Below, one piece after another: positions 18,153-26,868 of a stretch of 64,000 nucleotides of DNA. Made by a program: the position numbers and the translations under genes. Each line of letters begins with the position of its first letter. Position 1 is the stretch's first letter. Origin of the DNA: Bryobacterales bacterium. Its GTDB lineage: Bacteria; Acidobacteriota; Terriglobia; Bryobacterales; UBA6623. The stretch spans positions 719,806 through 783,805 of the forward strand of contig OZ251486.1 in the NCBI GenBank assembly GCA_965242705.1, in the 5' to 3' direction. Below the pieces are notes generated by a model. It was not told the origin of the DNA. It worked only from the letters and a program-made list of their open reading frames with translations, and searched no databases.

Positions 18153-18774
18153 AGTGTTTTGTATTTTCTTCAGCCAATTCCTTGAAAATGGAGAGAAGAT
18201 CGACATCTGTTCGATCTTTCACAAAGCGCCATGCGGCATCCCCAATATGATACTCTCCGCCGATCCCCTCGTATAACGTTTGAAGCGTCTGCTGTATGCG
18301 GATTGCCTGCTGCCGATTGGGGTAGTAGAACATGATTCGAATCGGATGGAATCCAGCGTTTTTGACCACTTTGAGCCGGGTGTGCTCCTTGGTGATATGG
18401 TCGCCGTCGGTTGTGGCGTCCCGCCACTTGATTTCGATAGCTTCCGATTGTAGGACACAGTCGATTTCAAACGTTTTCGGACGCCGACCTTCCGTATTGG
18501 GTATTCGTTGGGAAGCGGCCTGCGGATACTTCGCTTTGAAGCAAATTTTGACTGATTCTTCGATGAAGGAACCCGCGTACTTGTAGAGGAAACGCCCCTT
18601 GTTCTGGTAAATGTCGATAAGTTCACCCTCGCGGTCGGTGATGCCGAGGACTTTGTAAATCAGGTAATGCGACGTGTCATCGGACTTCATTTTTGCAACC
18701 CGCGCATCGACTTTTTCCTTGAGTTCGGAGGCGTACTGCGTGGAGAGCGCTTTGATTCGATCCGAAACGTTCAT
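18142..18774 (-). CDS. putative type II restriction endonuclease (PD-(D/E)xK-like)
   Basis: It sits directly upstream of the MTase and overlaps it by 11 nt. Candidate catalytic string is FEIDCVLQSEAIEIKWRD (D-x8-E-x-K). Low GC. I prefer the start at MNVSDRI (18774) to 18936. Confidence 0.55.
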   Translation of the reverse strand: MNVSDRIKALSTQYASELKEKVDARVAKMKSDDTSHYLIYKVLGITDREGELIDIYQNKGRFLYKYAGSFIEESVKICFKAKYPQAASQRIPNTEGRRPKTFEIDCVLQSEAIEIKWRDATTDGDHITKEHTRLKVVKNAGFHPIRIMFYYPNRQQAIRIQQTLQTLYEGIGGEYHIGDAAWRFVKDRTDVDLLSIFKELAEENTKHYGH

Positions 18775-18961
18775 GGCTTGCGGCAGGGACTGTTTACCGC
18801 CCGTGGATAGTGTACCGCGGCCGAGTATCGATGGTTTCGGCGCAGCAGGACAGTTGGTTTGGGGCGGTTGGTCATTGGCTTGGGATAGAGTTGGCGATGC
18901 CCGGCGCTTTTCCGACATGCGCGCCAACTTCGGCATGCCGTCCGGCGCCTGTACGATCCTC

Positions 18962-19051
18962 TGGCGGAGAGGGAGGGATTCGAACCCTCGTTAGAGTTTC
19001 CCCTAAACACGCTTTCCAAGCGTGCGCCTTCAGCCGCTCGGCCACCTCTCC
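18962..19051 (-). tRNA. tRNA-Ser (anticodon GGA)
   Basis: The reverse complement reads GGAGAGGTGGCCGAGCGGCTGAAGGCG-CACGC-TTGGAAA-GCGTG, then a long variable arm, GAGGGTTCGAATCCCTC, CCTCTCCGCCA. The cloverleaf is complete and CCA is encoded. Confidence 0.92.
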
Positions 19052-19060
19052 GCAGGGCGC

Positions 19061-19078
19061 GGCGCCCGCGCGGGCGCC
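19061..19078. repeat. perfect 18-bp GC palindrome GGCGCCCGCGCGGGCGCC
   Basis: Self-complementary by inspection. It lies 10 nt upstream of the tRNA-Ser 5' end, in the divergent region before the redoxin gene. Confidence 0.8.
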
Positions 19079-19151
19079 ATGTGCGCGGCAACACTTATTG
19101 TAGCGCCTCGCGTACCGGGAAGGGCGCTCCATGCGTCATAATGGTGGACTT

Positions 19152-20192
19152 ATGAGAATCCTGCTGCGTTCCGCCCTGCTGCTGGGCGCTTCCTCCATGC
19201 CTTTCGTTGCGGCGGAGTTGCCGACCGGCCCCGATGCGGGCGAAACGATCCCCGCGTTCGAAGCGGTCGATCAGACCGGCGCGAAACGAACCTTCGAGAA
19301 CCTCGCCGGGCCGAACGGCTTGCTGCTGCTCTTCTACCGCTCGGCCGACTGGTGACCGTTCTGCAAAGGCCAACTAGTTCAGTTGGAGCGCAAGCGCGAA
19401 GACTTCGCGGCCAAAGGCGTCAACGTCGCCGCTCTCAGCCACGACAACGTCGAGATCCTCAAGCACTTCGCCGCCAGAACGGGCATCGGCTACCCGCTGC
19501 TCTCCGACCCCGATTCCGCGGTCATCCGCGCGTTCGGCATCCTCAACGAGACGGTTCCCGAAACCCATCGGTTTTTCGGCGTGCCGGTTCCCGGCGAGTA
19601 TCTCATCGGCCCCGACAGGGTTGTCCGCGAAAAGTATTTCGAAGACAACTACCGCGACCGGTTTACCGCCGGCCGGGTGCTCGTGCGAACGCTGGATGCC
19701 GAAGCCGGCGCCGCTCGGCAAACGGCGGAAACAGCGCATCTGCGGATCGTTTCCTGGGCAAGCGACGCGGCTGTCCGCGGCGGCAACCGGTTTTCATTGG
19801 CGCTCGACATCGACTTGAAGCCCAAAATGCACGTCTATGCGCCGCGGGTCGAGGGCTATATCCCAATCGATTGGCAGATCGAAGACGCCGCCGGCGTAAC
19901 CCGTTACGACGTCGAGTATCCCGCATCGAAAGCGCTGCATCTGCCCGCCATCGGCGAAACGGTTCCCGTTTATGAAGGTTCGTTCCGGCTGCTGACCGAC
20001 GTGATGATCGGGCAGCCCAACGAGATCGAGCACTTGCTCGACGCAGACGGCCGTCTGACGCTGCGCGGGTCTCTCAAATACCAGGCCTGCGACGACAAGA
20101 TCTGTTACTTGCCGGAGTCCGTGCCGCTGGAGTGGACGCTGGATTTCGAGCAGCACGACCGCCAACGGGCGCCGGAAGCGCTGCGGCGCTAA
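19152..20192 (+). CDS. exported selenoprotein candidate: redoxin/peroxiredoxin-like domain with W-U-P-F-C fused to a DsbD-N-terminal-like domain (UGA=Sec at 19353-19355)
   Basis: ORFs 19131..19355 and 19383..20192 share a frame, joined only by TGA. Read-through gives LLLFYRSADW-U-PFCKGQLVQLE, where TGA sits at the first Cys of a WCxxC thioredoxin-fold motif. The C-terminus has KYQACDDKICYLPE. Signal peptide MRILLRSALLLGASSMPFVAAE. Confidence 0.75.
19370..19386 (+). promoter_or_regulatory. candidate bacterial SECIS hairpin
   Basis: CCAACT-AGTTC-AGTTGG is a perfect 6-bp stem. The 5-nt loop contains GU and lies 21-25 nt after the UGA. Not folded computationally. Confidence 0.4.
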
Positions 20193-21550
20193 GACTCCCG
20201 GCCGGCAATCGCCGCCGCGGCGGCCCGGGCGCGGCGAATGCAATCGGGAATGCCGACCCCGTCGTAGCCGTTGCCGCCCAGATGGAGGCCGGGAAGACGT
20301 TTCAATATCTCGTCGATTTTGGCCAACCGCGAGGCGTGCCCCACGGCGTAAAGCGCCATGGATTGCGGCATGCGGTTGACGCGGCAGGCAATCGGCTCGG
20401 CCCGGAAACGCATCAGGGCGCTCAACTCCGCGTGCGCCGTTTTCCGCACTGTTTCGTCGTCGGCCTGCATCAACTCATCCGCCGCCGCGCCGGTGAAAAA
20501 CGCCCGCAGCAGCGTTGCCTCGTCCGACGTTCGGCCGTCGAATTTCGTCTCCACCCAAGTACAGGCCGCAAGGGAGCGTCGTTCGGCGCGCGGAACGAGC
20601 AGGCCGAAGCCGTCCAGCGGATGGTTGAAGCCGCGCCGCCGATAAACCAGTCCGCCGACGATCGAGGAATTGTAGGGGATGCCGTCGAGAGTTTCGGCCA
20701 GTTCGCCGGAAGCTCGCCGAAGCAGTTTCGCCGCTTCGTGCGCCGGGACCGCGGCCGCCGCGTGCTCCGCCTCGATAGCGCCGTCTTCGAGCCGCACCCT
20801 CCAGCCGCCGCCGGTCCGCTCGATTTCGACAGCGCGCCCGCGCACGAAACGGCAGCTCGGAGCAATCGCCTTGCGCAGCGCATCGACCAGGGTTTCCAGC
20901 CCGTCTTTCAGCGTCAGGAACAGCGGCTCGCCGGTATTTGCCGTTCGGTTTTTCAGCGCGCCGCGCACGATGCTGCCGCGGCGCCTCTCGTATTCCACCA
21001 GCGCAGGCAGCACGGAATCGACCGACAACTGTTCGGGCGCGCCGCCGTACACCCCGGCGAGCAGAGGTTGAGCGAGGCGCTCGTTCCATTCCCCGCCGAA
21101 ATGATCGCGCACGAACGCGGCGACCGAACGGTCGGGGTATTGCGCGGGACGGCGAAACCATTCCAGCCCCATGCGCAGCTTCACGCCGATGCCGAACAGC
21201 CGCGAGGCCATCACGGCCGTCGGTTTCGCCGGCGCCAGGAACTGCATGCCGTCCGGCATGGGAATCAACTCGCCGCGGCGCGCGATGTAGGTCTTGCGGC
21301 GGTTGTCGTTCGAGCCGATAATCTGTTCCGCCAAGCCGAGTTCGCGCGCCAGGTCGAGCGCCCACGGCTTGCGCGCGAGCCAACTGTCCGGACCCGCTTC
21401 GAGCAGGCAGCCGCTTACGCGGTCGGTGCGGATCACGCCCCCCAGCCGCGCCTCGGCTTCGATCAGAACGGACGGAATGCCCTCGCGGCCGAGGTAATAC
21501 GCCGCCGCAAGCCCCGATATGCCTCCGCCGATAATGGCGACCGGTTTCAT
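20189..21550 (-). CDS. hemY: protoporphyrinogen/coproporphyrinogen oxidase (HemY type, FAD)
   Basis: MKPVAIIGGGISGLAAAYYL dinucleotide-binding N-terminus, 453 aa, and an ATGA-type overlap with hemE upstream. Confidence 0.85.
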   Translation of the reverse strand: MKPVAIIGGGISGLAAAYYLGREGIPSVLIEAEARLGGVIRTDRVSGCLLEAGPDSWLARKPWALDLARELGLAEQIIGSNDNRRKTYIARRGELIPMPDGMQFLAPAKPTAVMASRLFGIGVKLRMGLEWFRRPAQYPDRSVAAFVRDHFGGEWNERLAQPLLAGVYGGAPEQLSVDSVLPALVEYERRRGSIVRGALKNRTANTGEPLFLTLKDGLETLVDALRKAIAPSCRFVRGRAVEIERTGGGWRVRLEDGAIEAEHAAAAVPAHEAAKLLRRASGELAETLDGIPYNSSIVGGLVYRRRGFNHPLDGFGLLVPRAERRSLAACTWVETKFDGRTSDEATLLRAFFTGAAADELMQADDETVRKTAHAELSALMRFRAEPIACRVNRMPQSMALYAVGHASRLAKIDEILKRLPGLHLGGNGYDGVGIPDCIRRARAAAAAIAGRES

Positions 21551-22581
21551 GCCGCGTTCGTCGGCTGGTAATCGCGCACCATCCGCACGACCGCCTTCAC
21601 GTTCTCAACCGGCGTTTGCGGAATGATGCCGTGCCCCAGATTGAAAATGTGCCCCGGGCGCCCGTTTGCCTGCGCCAGGACGGCCTCCGCCTTGCGGCGC
21701 AACTCGGGCAGCGGAGCGAGCAAGGCGATAGGGTCGAGGTTGCCCTGAACGGCGGCCTCTTCGCCGGCTCGGCGCCATGCCTCGTCCAGCCGGACCCGCC
21801 AATCGAGGCCCAGCACGTCCCCGCCCGCGGCGTGAAACAATTCCAGAAAGGCGCCGTTCCCGGTTCCGAAATGGATGACGGGCACGGAAGTCGATTGAAT
21901 CTGCCGGATCAGCATCTCGGAATAGGGCCGCGCGAACCTCTCGTAATCATCGGGCGAAAGCGCGCCGACCCAACTGTCGAATATCTGGATCGCGGCGGCC
22001 CCGTTGAGCACCTGCGACGCCGCGAAAGGCGTCACGACCTGGACGATTTTTTCCATCAGGGCTTGCCAAGCCGCCGGCTCGCGCCACATCAGTTCTTTGG
22101 TCGCCGCGTAATTGCGGGAGCCGCCGCCTTCGATCATGTAGCTGGCCAAGGTAAACGGAGCGCCGACGAAACCGATGATCGGCACGCGGTCCGACAGGCT
22201 TTTCCTGACCAGCGCAACCGCCTCGCCGACATAGCCCAGATCGGCGGCGTTCGTTGCGGAAAGCCGCGCGGCGCCGGCCAACGACCGCACCGGGTTTGCG
22301 ATCCTCGGCCCGTCGCCTTGCACGAACTCCAGATCGAGTCCCATCGGCTCGAGCGGCAGCAGAAGATCGGCGAAGATAATCGCCGCATCCACGTCCAGCG
22401 CCTCGACCGGCTGTTGCGTCACCTCGCAGGCAAGCCGAGGCGTTTTGCATATCTCCAGAATCGAATGGCTCGCGCGGATTTTGCGGTACTCCGGCATGTA
22501 GCGGCCGGCCTGACGCATGAACCACACCGGCGTTCGATCGACGGGTTCCCCGCGGCATGCCCGAATGAAGCGGGACAGCAT
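21547..22581 (-). CDS. hemE: uroporphyrinogen decarboxylase
   Basis: N-terminal RTPVWFMRQAGRYMPEYR signature, 344 aa. Confidence 0.92.
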   Translation of the reverse strand: MLSRFIRACRGEPVDRTPVWFMRQAGRYMPEYRKIRASHSILEICKTPRLACEVTQQPVEALDVDAAIIFADLLLPLEPMGLDLEFVQGDGPRIANPVRSLAGAARLSATNAADLGYVGEAVALVRKSLSDRVPIIGFVGAPFTLASYMIEGGGSRNYAATKELMWREPAAWQALMEKIVQVVTPFAASQVLNGAAAIQIFDSWVGALSPDDYERFARPYSEMLIRQIQSTSVPVIHFGTGNGAFLELFHAAGGDVLGLDWRVRLDEAWRRAGEEAAVQGNLDPIALLAPLPELRRKAEAVLAQANGRPGHIFNLGHGIIPQTPVENVKAVVRMVRDYQPTNAA

Positions 22582-22629
22582 TCGCTTGAATATACCAATA
22601 CGGAACGTAACCGTCTGAAGGAAGGCGAC

Positions 22630-23775
22630 TTACAGCAAAAAACCGGGCGGGAGCGCGGCAGCGGACGGCGGACCCGCGGGCAGGGGAACGCCCTGGCGGC
22701 TCAGAAAATCTCTGAACCGCTCCAACAGCGGCGGCGCGGGCTCGCGTTCAGGCTTCGGCGGCGGCTCCATGCGCTCGATGCTGGGCAGCGCGGGGACCGC
22801 CGCCGGTTCCTCGCCGACGCGGTAAACCCGGTTGCCGACATGCGCGTACATTCGCGCGAACAGGCGTTCACCCTTCGAAATCAGAATCGAGAACCCGGGT
22901 CCCGTTCCATGCCGGGTTTCCACCTCCGGCGTCACTTCGATCGGCAGATATCCTTTCAATCCGGTTTCCAGCTTGATCGTGGCGTAGGCGCGGCGGCTCT
23001 GCCTCCACTGAAAGACTCTGAGCCGGTCGAAGTCTTGCGGCTGGTTGGGGCGCGAGGCCTGGACCCAGAGCCAAGTCTTTCGGTTTTCACCGGTTTCCGG
23101 GTCATGCACTTCGCCGATCTGGAAGTAAGAGACGATCCGGCGGCCTTCCGCGTACTGGGCAATCTCGAGGGGAATCCCCGAATACGTGCGGTCGGCCAGC
23201 AGCCAGCCGAGGTATCCGTTGGCGAGGCGCACGAGGCTCCAGTCGTCGCGCTCCGCCGGTTCCGGCAGGCGCTCGTTGGGGCCGGGCCTGTGCGGCAGCC
23301 GCGCCACCAGTTGCCGGCGAAGCACCTCCACGCCCTCGTCCTTGCGCAACTGGTACAGCGTCGGCGACCAGCGGTACGGCTCGACGTGAACGTTCAACGT
23401 GTCCATCGCATGCACTCGGCCCTGGCCGGCGAAGTCCGCGGCTTGCCGCTTCAACGACTCCATGCCGCGGCGCGTCTCAGGGTCGATCAACATCGATTGC
23501 GGCGCCCAGCCCTTGCGTCCGTCCGGGGTGCGCACGCGCACGAATGCGCGCCGGCTTTCGACGATTTCCAGCGGCGTGCCGAAGTCGAGCGCGGCGACCG
23601 TCGGCGCGGACGGCGTCAGATCGGCCGTCAACTCGACGCCGTTGCGGGCGAAATGCGGTTCCGGGGGCGCCTCCGTCGCCGTCTGCGCCGCGCATCCGCT
23701 CCAAAGCGCGGCAGCCAGCGCGGCGGCAGCCGCGGCCCGGCGCGCCGAGATCTTGAAAAACATATCCGTCGTCAC
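22630..23775 (-). CDS. hypothetical lipoprotein
   Basis: AAALAAALWSGCAAQ is a lipobox-like signal. The body has beta-rich SH3-like segments and no firm family call. The start is GTG 23775 or ATG 23763. Confidence 0.6.
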   Translation of the reverse strand: MTTDMFFKISARRAAAAAALAAALWSGCAAQTATEAPPEPHFARNGVELTADLTPSAPTVAALDFGTPLEIVESRRAFVRVRTPDGRKGWAPQSMLIDPETRRGMESLKRQAADFAGQGRVHAMDTLNVHVEPYRWSPTLYQLRKDEGVEVLRRQLVARLPHRPGPNERLPEPAERDDWSLVRLANGYLGWLLADRTYSGIPLEIAQYAEGRRIVSYFQIGEVHDPETGENRKTWLWVQASRPNQPQDFDRLRVFQWRQSRRAYATIKLETGLKGYLPIEVTPEVETRHGTGPGFSILISKGERLFARMYAHVGNRVYRVGEEPAAVPALPSIERMEPPPKPEREPAPPLLERFRDFLSRQGVPLPAGPPSAAALPPGFLL

Positions 23776-23783
23776 CGGGTTGC

Positions 23784-23798
23784 GGGGGGGGGGGGGGG
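23784..23798. repeat. homopolymeric G15 tract (C15 on the minus strand)
   Basis: Counted directly: 7 G at 23784-23790 plus 8 G at 23791-23798. The tract starts 9 nt upstream of the GTG of the lipoprotein gene. Confidence 0.95.
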
Positions 23799-24049
23799 CT
23801 CGACATACATGTTCAGCGCGGGCACAACCTCAAACAATCGTTTTCTCGCGGCTCTTCACTTGAGAATCCAACAAATCGGACGAACGCCGAACTCGTATGT
23901 AATCTTTACTATACAGTGTCATCATGAAGAAAGTAAGCGCGGCTGAAAAATAAGCCCGTCGGCCTCGGGCTGCGCTGAAAAAAGCGGTTTTGCCGGCGTC
24001 TCCGCCAAGATCCGCCGCGCAGTTTCCAAAACTCTACAATCAAGGGTTC

Positions 24050-25831
24050 ATGCGCGCGGGAATCGACACGGGCGGCACGTTTACCGACTTCGTTTTCTGG
24101 GACGGCGAACGCATCGTCACGCGCAAGGTCCGCTCGACGCCCGACGACCCCGCGCGCGCCATTTTCGAAGGCCTGGCCGCCGTCCGGCCGCGGGAGATCG
24201 TTCACGGCTCCACCGCGGCGACGAACGCCCTGTTGGAGCGTAAAGGCGCGAAGACCGCCTTCGTCGCCACGGAAGGCTTCGAGGACATCCTCGACTTGGC
24301 GCGCCAGAACCGCCCTCATCTCTACGACTGGTTTTCGCCCGGCCGGCCGCGGCTCGTCTCCGACGAATCGAAATTCGGCGTGGCGGAGCGCATGCTCCAT
24401 GACGGCACGGTGCGGAAACCTTTGACCGAGGCGGCGCTGCGCGCGCTCGCGGACGCGCTGGCGAACGCCGAATCGGTCGCGGTCTGCCTGCTGCACAGCT
24501 ACGCCAACGCCGAGCACGAAGCGCGCATCGGCAAAGCCTTGCGCGCGGCCGGCCTGCGCGTCTCGCTTTCGAGCGAGATACTCCCCGAATACCGGGAATA
24601 CGAGCGCGCCTCGACCACGGTCGTGAACGCCTACGTTTCGCCTCTGATGGCGGGCTACATCGAGCGTCTGTCCCGCGGACTCGATGGAACCCGGCTGCGC
24701 ATCTTCCAGTCCAACGGCGGCTCCATCGGCGCCGGCGAAGCCTCGCGCCAAGCCGTGCGCACGATCCTGTCCGGGCCGGCGGGAGGGTTGGTCGGCGCGG
24801 CCGCGGCTGCCAAGTCTCTCGGCATCGACCGTTTCATCAGCTTCGACATGGGCGGCACGTCCACCGATGTCTCGCTCTACGACGGCGCGGCCGGCTATAC
24901 CACGGAAGCCGAACCGGCCGGTTTCCCCGTGCGCGTGCCGATGCTCGACATTTACACCGTCGGCGCCGGCGGCGGCTCGATCGCCTATTTCGACGACGCG
25001 GGGGCGCTGCGGGTCGGTCCGCAATCGGCAGGCGCCTCGCCGGGGCCGGTCTGCTACGGCGCGGGAGAAAAGCTGACCGTGACCGACGCCAACCTGCTGC
25101 TGGGGCGCATCGACCCCGAAACGTTCCTCGACGGCGCGATGCCGTTGGACGTCGAGCGGACGCGGCGTTACGCGCGGGATACCGGCGCCGCCGAGCGAGA
25201 GCTCGCCGAGGCCGTCGTCGCCGGGGCGAACTCCAACATGGAACGGGCTATCCGCGCCATCTCGATCGAGCGCGGACACGACCCCCGCGAGTACGTGTTG
25301 GTCAGCTTCGGCGGCGCGGGGGCGCTGCATGCATGCGACTTGGCCGACCGCCTGGAAATGCGCAAAGTCGTCGTCCCGGCCCATGCCGGCGTGCTTTCGG
25401 CCCTGGGCATGCTGGTTGCGGACTGCGTCCGCGATTATTCGCAAAGCGTGTTGACCGACGATCCTGCGCGGGTCTTCCCCATCCTCGAAAAATGCGCCCG
25501 CCGCGACCTCGCCGAACAGGGTTTCGCCGATTGCATTCTGCTCCGCAGCATCGACCTGCGTTACAAGGGGCAATCGTTCGAGATCAATCTGCCGGCCGAC
25601 CGTATCGGCGATTTCGACGAGCGCCACCGGCGCCGCTTCGGTTACCGCCATGAAAATTGCGAAGTCGAGGCGGTCACCGCGCGGGTGCAGGCCGTCGGCC
25701 GCCTGCCGGAAGAAGACCGCCTCGACCTCGCGGCTCCTGCCGAGATACCGACGTTCACCAGCGTTTACGTCCCGCCCGGGTGGCGGCGCGCGGACGATGT
25801 GGCGGGCAACGCCGTTCTCGTTCGCGAGTAA
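24050..25831 (+). CDS. hydantoinase/oxoprolinase family protein (HyuA-like)
   Basis: MRAGIDTGGTFTDFV N-terminus, later FDMGGTSTDV and GAGGGSIA. The track ORF start at 23990 is over-extended. Confidence 0.85.
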   Translation: MRAGIDTGGTFTDFVFWDGERIVTRKVRSTPDDPARAIFEGLAAVRPREIVHGSTAATNALLERKGAKTAFVATEGFEDILDLARQNRPHLYDWFSPGRPRLVSDESKFGVAERMLHDGTVRKPLTEAALRALADALANAESVAVCLLHSYANAEHEARIGKALRAAGLRVSLSSEILPEYREYERASTTVVNAYVSPLMAGYIERLSRGLDGTRLRIFQSNGGSIGAGEASRQAVRTILSGPAGGLVGAAAAAKSLGIDRFISFDMGGTSTDVSLYDGAAGYTTEAEPAGFPVRVPMLDIYTVGAGGGSIAYFDDAGALRVGPQSAGASPGPVCYGAGEKLTVTDANLLLGRIDPETFLDGAMPLDVERTRRYARDTGAAERELAEAVVAGANSNMERAIRAISIERGHDPREYVLVSFGGAGALHACDLADRLEMRKVVVPAHAGVLSALGMLVADCVRDYSQSVLTDDPARVFPILEKCARRDLAEQGFADCILLRSIDLRYKGQSFEINLPADRIGDFDERHRRRFGYRHENCEVEAVTARVQAVGRLPEEDRLDLAAPAEIPTFTSVYVPPGWRRADDVAGNAVLVRE

Positions 25832-25880
25832 CCGCCCGTCGGCGCGGCGGCCCTGTATTCCGCGTTACTCTGGAACCGTG

Positions 25881-26690
25881 ATGCTCGACCGGATGCTTGC
25901 TTGCGCCTTGCTCGGGGCCGCGGCCTGGGGTTGCGGCGGAGCGGAGCCGCCGCCGTCCTTCCCGCGAAACCCTCTCGCCGACTTTGAGCTTGTCGATCTC
26001 TCCCACGCCTACGACGACACGACGATTTTCTGGCCGACCGGCAAGCCGTTCCGCCACGAGCGCACCGCCTGGGGCGTCTCCGACGGCGGCTACTGGCACA
26101 GTTCCTACGACTTCGCTTTGAGCGAGCACGCGGGCACGCACCTCGATGCGCCGATTCACTTCGCCGAGGGCAAGCCGACGGTCGGCGAGATTCCGCTGGA
26201 GCGGCTCGCCGGCCCGGCCTTCGCGATCGACGTTGCCGACCGCTGCGCGCGCGACCCCGATTACGCGGCGGCGGCCGCGGATTTCGAAGCCTTCGAGTCG
26301 AGGCACGGGCGCATCCCCGAAGGGGCCGTCGTGCTGGTGCGCACCGGTTGGGGCAGCCGTTGGCCCGACGTCAAGCGTTACATGGGCGACGACACGCCGG
26401 GCCGAGCCGACAACCTGCATTTCCCCGGCGTCTCGCCGGAAGCGGCCCGCCTGCTCGTTGCGCGCGGGGTCGGCGCCGTCGGCATCGATACGGCAAGCCT
26501 CGACCCGGGAACGTCCGCGGACTTTCCGACCCACCGCATTCTGGCCGCCGCCGGCATACCGGGACTCGAAAACGTAGCGAACCTCGACGCGCTGCCGGCC
26601 GCGGGGGCGGCCGTCATCGCCCTGCCGATGAAAATCGGCAAGGGTTCCGGGGCTCCTTGCCGTATTGCCGCGCTGCTGCCGAAGTCCTGA
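25881..26690 (+). CDS. cyclase family protein (kynurenine formamidase-like), lipoprotein
   Basis: LVDLSHAYDD...HAGTHLDAPIHF matches the cyclase/arylformamidase HxGTHxDxPxH motif. LLGAAAWGC is a lipobox. Confidence 0.8.
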   Translation: MLDRMLACALLGAAAWGCGGAEPPPSFPRNPLADFELVDLSHAYDDTTIFWPTGKPFRHERTAWGVSDGGYWHSSYDFALSEHAGTHLDAPIHFAEGKPTVGEIPLERLAGPAFAIDVADRCARDPDYAAAAADFEAFESRHGRIPEGAVVLVRTGWGSRWPDVKRYMGDDTPGRADNLHFPGVSPEAARLLVARGVGAVGIDTASLDPGTSADFPTHRILAAAGIPGLENVANLDALPAAGAAVIALPMKIGKGSGAPCRIAALLPKS

Positions 26691-26868
26691 GCGGGTCAGG
26701 CGGCCGCCGAAACCCAGACCGGATGCGGGTTTCAGCAGCAGCTTGTTCGAGACGTTGGAGGGCAGCGTCGTCAGCAGCATGAACGACATGTCTTTTGCCG
26801 GGTCGGCCCAGGCCGGCTTACTCGTCGCGCCGCTGCGCCAAAACGTCTCGGTCGACCCGCAGCTTCGG

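Noticed and set aside
18142-18774. Naming the endonuclease as ApaLI-like.
   Set aside because: This rests only on a vague memory of a YQNKGRFLYKYAG-like string. I cannot verify it, and the partner is an amino-methyltransferase, which does not fit what I recall of the ApaLI system. I kept it as a generic PD-(D/E)xK candidate.
23924-23990. Tiny ORF MKKVSAAEK* followed by small stems upstream of the hydantoinase gene, considered as a leader-peptide attenuator.
   Set aside because: The stems are only 4-5 bp, there is no clear U-tract on the plus strand, and there are no regulatory codons in the peptide. This is too speculative.
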